DNA of 64,000 bases from the NCBI RefSeq assembly GCF_000143415.4, contig NW_003314292.1, forward strand, positions 937,498-1,001,497, in the 5' to 3' direction. Under the pieces are notes generated by a model that did no database searches, had not been told where the DNA came from, and was given only the letters and a program-made list of their open reading frames with translations. Source of the stretch: Selaginella moellendorffii. Lineage: Eukaryota > Plantae > Lycopodiophyta. Both the position numbers and the translations under genes were made by a program. Each line of letters begins with the position of its first letter. Position 1 is the stretch's first letter. Positions 28,016 through 38,306 of the stretch are shown one piece after another.

Positions 28016-29178
28016 ACACCCTACCCCTTGGGTTAAGTCCAATCGAAGCAAATTGGACCAACCAAATGTCAATCAATATATGGTGTGATTCTTTTAGCCA
28101 ACCAACAGAATTAAACTCGAGACTGCTTTAATACCAAACGTAAGCTCATAAATTTAGACTTCCCAAGAGGTCACCCAACCCAGTATTATTCAAATCTAAA
28201 GACAGTATATCACAAAACCTTTAATTGATTTAAAAAGGGGGTGCACTTTTATTTATAGGCCCTTTCTCTTTATATTTAAATCCTTATGGATTGTCTTTTG
28301 AATTATTCTCTTTAGTTGCTTACAATAAAGTCTTAACAATGGAGTGAGGATGAGTAAATATGGTTATGGAGCAAAGATAAATAATATGTATTATGAAATG
28401 AGGATAAATATAATGAGTTTAAATGAAATGTTTATAACCCCAATGCAATTATGTTAAATAAATAAGATAGTGGAATAAACTGAGGATAAACATAATAAAT
28501 CCAAATGAAATTAATGCTTCAAAACTTCTTTTCTTTCGAGAAAGGGATAACAAGGATGTAAAAGATAACCAAAGTGAGTATGAATGAAAATTGAGAGCTA
28601 TAGTTATCCCAAAATTCTTATTTATGGAACATTTCTCTTTATATTTAAATCCCTATAAATTGTCTCATTCTCTTTGGTTGCTTATGCAGTGCTACATAAG
28701 AACAAAGGTCATAAGTCTGAGTTAATAAGATTGAAATGCTAACCAAAGGGAAAACACAAGTTAAAGTCCAAATTAATAGTAGTCTTAAATTATGGCCAGT
28801 AGGCAAACTTTAAAATGGGATATTTGTAGTTAACTCTTCAAAATGATATTTATGTCATATCTATAATACATGTGATTATGGGATGAAATTTGAATATACT
28901 ATCACTATGGATCCTTAAAACCTTAGAGGATAAATAGGGATAAAATAGTCATTAAGGGCTTTCACATCAAGCAATTGCCTCTTTTTCAGTTGACTTAAGG
29001 GGAGAGATATAACATGCACTACATATGATATTGAAGTAAATGGTACAGGTTAGATTCCCATTTATTAGTGGCTACTGAAAATATAATATACTTTAAAATA
29101 GCTACTAAAGGAGCAATTACCCTTTTTCAAGTTAGTTTATGAATAAAATAGGTATTAAACACTATAATATATTAAAGT

Positions 29179-29246
29179 ATATTTATTTATTTATTTATTT
29201 ATATATATATATATATTTATTTATTTATTTATTTATTTATTTATAT
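29179..29246. repeat. (TTTA)n/(TA)n microsatellite
   Basis: Directly visible in the sequence. Confidence 0.9.
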
Positions 29247-30143
29247 AGTGAGTGCGTAGAATATAGAAAGGGAATACAAAAAATATGCTTATCAATTAGC
29301 CCAAAAACTTTAGCTTATATACAAGAGCAAGTGGTCCAAATTGAAACCAAAGAGACAACTACCAAAATCCCACTATAGTAATATTAGTATATGGCATCGT
29401 AACTATATATTTATACCTCACATTTTCCCCTCCTCTCAGAATAATGAAAGACCATTAGAGTTCTCTTGTAAATAGGCTAAGATTTGGTGGAATATCAGGA
29501 GGAAGCATTGGTGGATCTGTATGTGGTATCAATTGTTCATGATCCCTTTGTACAAAATGTTTCAATCACACAATTTTTGGAGGATCGGCCTATTGGATGT
29601 CATGTTGAACCTCATAAATTTATGGTCCAATTTGCCGCAACACCAATACAGTCCTTTCCACTAAGCAAAGAGCGCCTTAGATAAACCATATATTGTAAGA
29701 TAAGCTTTATTTCGTTAAAGTGGGAATTGTCATTATCCCACTTGTAAAATAAGGTTTCCAAACCTTTATATAGTATATAAATATAACAAAATTCAACTGT
29801 ATTGAGGCACATGCCATTTTATTTTAAACAAGGAAATGTCTACTCAATCACTTCTCCTCCCCCTACCACTGCTTCACCTCTCTCTTCTCCTTGTCATCGT
29901 CGTCCAATTTATTTCCATCCTTTTAATATTGGCTCAGTTGCTCCGAGTCTAGGTGGAGCCCAAGTCCCCATTCAATCTTTACTTTCCCCTTATTAATAAA
30001 ACAACTTCGTAGACTTCCAATAACATGCTGTAACACTTCTAGTATAATGCAAATCCTCTCAAAGAATTGTCTTTTAATATTAATACAATGGCATGGAACC
30101 CCATGCCATAATAAGTTACATTTTTAAATAAATACATGCCATC

Positions 30144-31028
30144 TCAGACTGTTATTTTTTGCCTCCAACGCCTATACAATAATCTTGGAATTTCATCACT
30201 CTCCACACTATCAGGATTTAAACCCAATAGTAATGCCATTTCTTCTCTAATACGTCCACGCTCATGTTCAGTGGTCGAAGAACCCATCCGGTTGAGCAGA
30301 TTATGGAGATGCGGATAGTGCTTGGCTAGACAATATACATGCCATAAATGATGACCGGTGTCTGTCCGATCAAATGGCTTCTGATATACCATTCCATCTG
30401 CCATTTGGTTGATTTCTGCAGCCACCTCCTGGACTGGCCGGTTCTCTATCACCATCGCTCCAAGCCGTTTTGCAAGGTCCCCCAGAACATACGGTTTCTT
30501 CTCCCTAGTTTCCATACTGCAAGAGATGGGGTGCACTGCATATGTGTGCGTGTTCACTGCAGTTTTAATCGGCGAGTCATCGATGATGAGGATTTCACTT
30601 GACCTAGCAGTCCGGTTCATCACTACAGCCTCTGGCTTGACAAAGATGGGCTTGCTACCCCTCACATGGACCATAGTCAAGCAATCCTCCTGCGTTAGGA
30701 GAAAGTCAAATAGTAATATTACTCGCGTCTGATCGTGCATCATCTGTAGCAACGTTAATGCATTGTGGCGCATCATGGATATCCAAACTCCCAATTGCAA
30801 ATTGAACCCGGCCCTCTGTTTTAAGTGTCGCATGGTCATTATTAGATCCCGCAGTTTCTCCCGTGTGATTAATGTGAATCTGTCTCTTTTGACCAACTTG
30901 CGACCGAAGGCTTTGGAGGGTGCAATGATATTCGAGGACAAGCCACGCTCATGGGAGAAAAGGACACCGTTCAGATCAAAAATGATACAGTACCTTCGCC
31001 GTGACTCTAAAATGAAATGCGTCAGCAT
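30144..31028 (-). CDS. FCP1/NIF (HAD superfamily) phosphatase-like domain
   Basis: CIIFDLNGVL (motif I), LGVWISMMRHN, FLLTQEDC, IFVK and ILIIDDSPIK..N match the plant DLNG-type FCP1-homology pattern. Confidence 0.8.
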   Translation of the reverse strand: MLTHFILESRRRYCIIFDLNGVLFSHERGLSSNIIAPSKAFGRKLVKRDRFTLITREKLRDLIMTMRHLKQRAGFNLQLGVWISMMRHNALTLLQMMHDQTRVILLFDFLLTQEDCLTMVHVRGSKPIFVKPEAVVMNRTARSSEILIIDDSPIKTAVNTHTYAVHPISCSMETREKKPYVLGDLAKRLGAMVIENRPVQEVAAEINQMADGMVYQKPFDRTDTGHHLWHVYCLAKHYPHLHNLLNRMGSSTTEHERGRIREEMALLLGLNPDSVESDEIPRLLYRRWRQKITV

Positions 31029-34000
31029 AAAAAATGGTACAAGTCAATTTTACCATCTACAATATTAGCAAATGGTGCTCCCGATGGTCGTTGAGAGGGT
31101 TTTGGTCGAGGAAACGTGAAGGGTGGAAATACTCTCCTCTGCAATGTGGGGTCAATCGCATCCGATGGCGTGTGGGCACATGCCATTTCAGCTGTAGACT
31201 CTGGTACAACTGGCTCAACAGTGGCATGGGGTGGTTCCGATGGCGTGTGATCACACGCCATTTCAGCTGGTGCCTCCGTTGGCAAAGTGGACATGACCGA
31301 ACAGGCAGCAGGGGCGGTGTAGGGAGGTTCCAACGGCGTGTAGTCAGACGATTGGGCACACGTTGAGTCCGTTGGAAATGAGGATACGACCGGCTCGGCG
31401 GCTGGGGCGGCCTCATGTGGGTCCAATGGCGCCTGGTCACCATCAGTTGGATACGTGGACAAGATTGACTCAGTGGTATGGGTAGCATCAAGTGGAGCGT
31501 GGTCAGCTTGCTTGGCGTTGATATGGATAGTAGCCTCCACCAGCTCTGATGACTCTTGCAGGCAAGTAGAGTCTACTGGCGGATCCATATGCATGTCCAA
31601 ATATCTCCCTTCGATTGAGATGGTATCCTCCCGTGCTACTAAAAACAAACTCATTAGCACATTGAATCGACTATATTGTATTTACCATCAACTGCTACTG
31701 AGGAACTAGGACCGATATCACTTGGGCGCACTGCTGATTCTGAAGGATTGGACATACGTTTCGACCCTTGCTTGGCACTATCCTTCCTCGACACTAAAGG
31801 CTAGAGTTTGTAAATTCAACTGAATAATCTCTACTTACCATTTGCTCTGTGACCTACATGGACAATGTTAGAAATGGTAAAAGGTTAGGAATGGATGTAC
31901 TATTATTTACCTGATGGTTTGTCTTGTATGACCTTCCTCCGCTGCTCTTTGGCCACCTCAGGCTGGCCATCGTCGTCATCATCGTCGTCGTCGTTATTGT
32001 GATCGTCACCATTGTGAAGACCATCCAAGTCCTCTTCGTCCTCCTCTTCTTCGTCCTCCTCTTCTTTGTCCTCCTCTTCGTCCTTCTGCTCTTCCTGCTT
32101 ATTATCTTTCTCTGGCTCCTCATCCCCCTCCTGCATTTCTTCCATAAGCTGCTCAGGCTGGATGGCTTGTTCATCCAGGACCATCTTGGGAAAATCATAT
32201 GGCCGAGTCTCCATCTCAAAATACAAGACATCCATAGCCTGTTTTAGTGCGTGACCTAGGACCGTATCCTCACCCGACTGTCTTAACATGGTTTCTGCAC
32301 GTTCTTGCACCCTTCGAAGACGACGAGATGAGAAAAACGTGGCCTTGACTTGAAAAGCATCCCTCATCCATTGTACCTCTCCATTGAGATTGGGGAAGGG
32401 GAGTCCGCCATAGGAATCTGAGTCAGGAGGTGGTGACTGCTTGCTTTCACTCAGCCCTTGATCTGCAATGAATGGCATGAGCACACACGCCATAACCGCG
32501 AGGCATTACCTATCATCTTTTCGTTGCCCTTCTTCCTTTTCGAATCAAACGCCTCTAATCTCGACGACTGTCCAACGTGCTTTCGCTTTTTATGACCACT
32601 GTCAGTTTGAGCTTGGCTGGTGCTTGCCTGTTTTGCCTTTGAAGAAGTGTCTCCTGCAAGGAATGGCATGAGACCACACGCCATTGCAAATATAATTTGT
32701 ACCTCCTTTTTTCCTATTGCTTGTCTGTTTGTCCTTCTTCGATGCGCCACCAGTGCGCTTTTCAGTCCTCGTGTCTGAATATTCACAACGATCTATAATC
32801 AAAATGGTGTGAGGCCTCACGTGACCTTACCTTGTGCAGGTTGTGAGCTCGGCCCAACATGGGTATCTTCAACAGTAGCTGTTAACACCGTTTCAGCATC
32901 TGGGGGTGGCCACGCTCCTGCATACAGAGCTTGTGAGATAACATTTAAACTTAAAGTGTGTACTCACCAGGTTCGCAGAGAGGATACTGTTCTTCTTTGG
33001 CAACTGTAATTATATGCTCCATTGAAGTCACCTCTTCAATGGAGTTTTTCACCGCAACACACGGGACACCCTTGAGTAGTGCGGCTCGAAAGAATAGTCC
33101 GCCGCAGTTGTACTCGACAACGCATTTGCCCTTGGAGTCGGAAGCAGGTGACCCACCCGCTATTGCATTGAAGACCCAGCTGAGCATTTCCCATGCTGCA
33201 CCTGGAGCTTTCTTTGGATTCGAAAGCTCCATAGCCGTCTTCAGTTCCTCAGGCATGGGTAAATTGACCTCCCTTAGATCAATTCGATTGGCCTTGTCGA
33301 ACGAAGCTGGGAAGTCACTCCAGTCCCACTTTGCTGCAGGACCAATAACAAGGGCGAGTGTGAAGATGCGGACATTCGTCGGTATCTTCTTCTTAGCCAT
33401 TATCCCATGGATCTCCCGCATCTCCTTGCCTTTCAACAGAGCCTTCACCTCGTTCAAAGCCTTCCAGAACTTGTGATAGGATTCGGAGTCGTAGATCATA
33501 TAGTGGACTGAAGATTCCACCTCCGCAAGTCCCACCATTAAGTCAATGATGGAGCTGACTTCGTCTACATGAGTGATCTCCTCATTTGTGAAGTCCATCA
33601 CACAAAAGATGTTCTTGACCTGCTCATCTCCATGGGAAATGATGCTCCTCCACCTTTGATCCTCATCCGAATTCAAGTATACCCGGTAAGGTTCTCAATA
33701 GGCCTCTGCTGCGGGGTCGAGCTGTTTCTGAAGCCGACGGTCGACATCAATCTTAATGAAATTTGGATACTGATCCAACTTCTCAGCTTTACTTTTCGTG
33801 GCATCCCACAGCAGATCGATGAACTTGGGGGCCCCCTTCACGTACTCGTCGATGTCTTCATTTGACAAATCCAGCGCTTCCATCATCTCTTGCGTGGTGT
33901 CGATGCTCACCCTCTCCATGGCCACTAGCTCGAAGATCCAATCCTTCAATAGTGCACGAGCTCTCAGAGTCGTGCACAAGTCCTCGTATGTCACAATATG

Positions 34001-35764
34001 GCCGGGAGTCATTTTGGTCTTGTTGAAGACTACCTCACCACGTAGAAGAGCATTAGCCACTGTCAGAAGGTTGTCGTCGTCTAGAGACTGCGAGAAACGC
34101 AAGGCGTTGAGCTTCAAATCATTTGGGCTTCCAGCCGTCTTCCACACCCATTGAGTTTGGCAACTCCCCGTCATGGTACCTCCTCAGCACATCTACCCAT
34201 TTGTCAAAAACAACTTTTGTCGCGAGTAGAATGTTATGGATGCTGAGCGTGTCATTGACCCCCAGTGTTTTCGAGAGAAGACTCGAGAATTCCTGCAATG
34301 GAAATGGCGTGAGGCCACATGCTATGCCACATGCAATGAGGCTTACCTGCCAGGCGCTGGTTGCTAGTGCACGTCCTTGTCCTGGTTTTTGTGGCTTCTT
34401 CAATTGAACCCAGAGCTTCCGTGTTCGTGCCAATGTCTCGTGCAGACCCGATTTGTAGCACGTTTCTTGCTTGACATTCTGTGCGTGGGAGATGTATATG
34501 ATAGATCAGAGGGGCGAGTTGCCTTTTATCAGGTGGACAACTCTTGTCTTGAAGACTTTCTTCACCTCCTCGCCCACCATAATATCCACAATTATCTCTT
34601 GCATCGCCAAGCTAGAATGCTGCCCGGAGACGGCATAGAACCGGATAATCTGATCGTCCAACACCTTCCTATTGATCAAGTCTGGAAACCTCGTCTCGCC
34701 CTTCATTGTTCGGTAGTAGGGGATCACGTCTACGATGTCGGGTGTTACTGGACTTGCCAGCATCTTTTGCTTCAGTTTCTCCACCCACTCATCAGATACT
34801 AGCCTGTGGTTGTATTTGCTTTGGATGTTGATACGGCTCACGTCGATTGTATATACTTTGTTGGAATAGTAACAAGTACTATTATCTGCGACGATTTTTT
34901 CTGCCTCTTCTTGCTCTTTCTGCTCTTTGCGGGTCTTCTTTTTGGTGGGTGTAGTGTTCGAACCCGAGGCAATGGCATCACCGAGTAGCTTCTTTTTTGG
35001 AGGAGAGTCGGACGTCGGCTTGAGCTTGACCACCCTTTTCTGCTTTGGGGTAGTTTCCAGATCGACCCCCTTCCCCTTCGCTTCGCGAACTGGAGGCACT
35101 CTCAATGGCTCAATGTTGGAATATAGTTTTTGAACATCGCCGTAGGTGAGGTCCGTGGATTCCATGTGATCTTCATAGACCCGCAGCGTCTTTGAAATTG
35201 TGGGCCTCCTGGACAACCTCTCCCTAGCTCCCTCTAGGAATTCCTCATAGCCGCTGCCCCCCTCCGGGAAGCCGCTAGGATGTGCAAGGTGGATCTTGAA
35301 GGCAGACGCTGTCTCTACCACAAGTGCCAGTCCATATTCTTGCATGGAACTGCATGGAGTGTCTGTCACTTGGATGAGGATCCCCATGCATTCTTTTCTC
35401 CCACCATCTGTGTTGTACAGCCTCAGATCCTCGCCTTCCATCCCGAAAGTCCAACTGGTGAGCTCCTCCCCCTTCTCTGCATCCACATTGACAGTGGCTG
35501 GAAGAAGAATGCAATTCCTCGCCTGTTCAGAAATGCACAACAATTAGAGCTGACAGATGAAAAGTTAGCAGCTGGAAATAACGTGAGGCCACACGCCATT
35601 CACCACTGCATTAGATGTCTTGAGGCTGCATCCTAAGATGGCGTGAGGATACACGCCATCTGTAACCGGACTGCACTCGAGAGCCCAATCGGTGCATGCC
35701 AATGTTGCTACTGAATGGCATGTGGCCTCATGCCATTTTCTACTTGGCCTAAAAGACTTACCAT
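30144..35764 (-). pseudogene. Multi-exon transposon cargo gene: ParB-like domain, degenerate methyltransferase-like fold, acidic/low-complexity linker, FCP1/NIF HAD-like domain
   Basis: ATG|GTAAGT at 35764-35762. Introns at 35523-35761, 34293-34346, 32918-32967, 32793-32830, 32654-32702 and 32463-32509 preserve frame. There are TGA stops at 34506 and 33695 and frameshifts near 34150 and 31030; splicing near 31640-31910 is not fully resolved. Confidence 0.65.
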
Positions 35765-36994
35765 TTGAAGCCGAATGGAGGCGTGACAACCGGACTCGCT
35801 GGCAAATGTGCACTGTGTGTGCAGCGGATCGTAGCAGCAAGGCTACTTTGCAACTTACAGTTGGAGAGTGGCGCTGAAATCTCCCGGGACGCCAAGTGGG
35901 CTGCGTGTGGGTGGCGGAGTGGGCGGCGGAGTTGGCGGCGAAGTTACAAACTGGGTGTGTCTTGAAGTGGACGCCGATGCACACGAGCGCGATGCAAGCG
36001 CGAGTGTGATGCAAGCACGAGTGGACGCCGATGCACACGAGAAACCTGTAGAGAAGTGGGAGCGCGAGTGGGAGCGCGATGCGAGCGCGAGTGTGCAAGC
36101 GCGAGTACGAAGCAAAATGCAAAACCTAACCTCACACGCGCGAAATGTCACGACGGTTGGTAATCCCGCCACGTCATCATTCCTCGGACTTGGGCACCAC
36201 CATTAATTTCTGGATCGGCGCACGCATGCGTGAAATCCAAAAGAAATTCGCAACGTCATCATTCCTCGGACTGCATGCACGCGAAATCCAAAAGAAAGAT
36301 CATGATTGGGATATCATTTAATACCCTCGCTATATTTATACCATGCATGATTGGATATTCCAAAGCATCTTGTATTTCCAAAAATGCCAAATGTTTAGCT
36401 AAATAAATTGTCAGAGGATTTAATGTGACGTTCAAGCATGTGGGCTCATGCAATTTTGATCCCAAAAAATGCTCGGCGTCATCTGGCGTTATCTCTTGAA
36501 TGGCGTGGGGCCGCATGCCATTTTCAGGAGCACATAGAAGTATATTCCTAGAATATTCTGACACGCGCGAGATTGTTTTGAGTTTCCTAGAGATCCAACC
36601 GTTAGATCGCAACTAGATTTTACAGAATGGTATACAATGTCCTTCTTGATGACCCTGCAAAGAAGCATCTCGATCAGACACCACATGAGACCACACGAGC
36701 CTTACAATGTTTCAGGGGCATTTGCCATAGATCTGACCGTTATTTTGCTCCAAGATTCTACAGTTTGGTGTGCATTGACCTTTCCATCGACACTGCAAAG
36801 GGATATCACAATCAGATGCGGGATCACAAGAAACCAACTTCACTAACTCTGGTTTCACCAAGATCTACGTAAGGAGTTATGAAATGAAAGGACCCTCTCT
36901 ATTGAAATGTGTTTATGGTCCTAGGGGCATTGTGACATATCAAAGGATTTTGCATCAAGTTCTGTATTTGCATGTTTATCAAGTTACTGAATTG

Positions 36995-37020
36995 CTAAAC
37001 CCTAAACCCTAAACCCTAAA
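36995..37020. repeat. Plant telomeric repeat (CCCTAAA) x about 3.5 / telo-box
   Basis: CTAAACCCTAAACCCTAAACCCTAAA is directly visible. Confidence 0.85.
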
Positions 37021-38306
37021 CATGTGGCAAATGCTGCGTGAAGAAAGATGCCCTTTCTGGGCAAATGCTGTAAGAGGCAGATGCCGAGCAGATGTATCTC
37101 AGGCTAGCGAAGGGGACAAACAAAAGCTGGCTATAAACATGACGGGATGCAAATAGATTACTAGGCTAGTCCTGCGAAAATCAAAAACCATAATTGAAAA
37201 CATTGAAAATGCAAAAAGAAAGGTTTATAATATTTTTGAATTTTAAGCAACCAAAGGAATGTAAGTAGGGCATGTGTTTGTAAGTTTAAAAATGCCTCAA
37301 CCACTTAAATTCCCAAGTAAATAAAGCTGTTTCTATTTTTGGTACAGGTAAACTTTATAGCGTGTGGGCTCATGCAATTTTGAACCCAAAAATGCACCAA
37401 AAAATGCTCGACTAGCATTATTCTTTGAATGGCGTGTGGCCTTATATTGCCATAAATGGACGTACACACACAGCATAATTATTCCTTTACACGGCGAATA
37501 ATCTTGGCGCGGATCGCTGACATGGCATGGCAAAGTTCGAATCACTGACATGGCACAGCTGGATCGAGGCAAGGACATGATGTGACAAAGTTCAACCTCC
37601 GACAGCAAAGTCTAGAAGCTACTCAGTTTGAAATTTGTCAGAGGAATCATAAGATCTGGTTTGTCAGAGGATTTGATGTGACGTTCAAGCGTGTGTTATT
37701 TTTGAATTCTCGAACTCATTCCTAGGTCTATCATTTTTGTGCGCCGTGTTCTTGGTTCCGCTGAGCGTAGTGAGCGCTGCTTGTGTAAGCGGCGTTGTGA
37801 GCTATGGTTTATGCGTCTACAAGCGGTTGCGGCATTGCGAGCGCCATTGCGAGCGGCAGTTTATGCGAGTGGCAGTTTGTGCGAGCGGCGCTACGAGCAG
37901 TTGCGGTGTTGCGAGCGGCGCTACGAGTAGTTGCGGTGTTGCGAGCGGCACTGTCTTTGGTGTGGCTACCGCTTCCTCTTGATATTCGGCACTTGTGCTT
38001 CCTGGTATGTTCACCATGGAATGGTTTAGGACCACATTTAGAAATGGCATGAGGCCACATGCCATCTTGGGCCCTTGCAATTTCATGGCTAGCGTATTGT
38101 CATGTATGTTTTTACTTGCCTGCAGCTGTGTGTATATCAAGATGGCATGAGGGCTCATGCCAATTTTGTGAATGCGAAATTTCACGTGGGTGTCAATAAC
38201 ATGTTTGAATAATGGCATGTGGCCTCATGCTATTTGGTATGTTATGATTTAGGCCATTCTCCAATCATTTTTTGTATGGTCTTAACTTCTTTTCTGCACT
38301 TTCAGA

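Larger units (their letters stand above)
20514..28324 (-). mobile_element. Cassandra-like TRIM (LTRs 20514-20709 and 28139-28324) split by a nested gypsy element
   Basis: Two LTRs of about 190 bp with 5S-like sequence, a PBS at about 28125-28136, and TSD ATAAG/ATAAA. The internal halves (20710-20789, 28016-28138) match 6512-6723. Confidence 0.75.
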
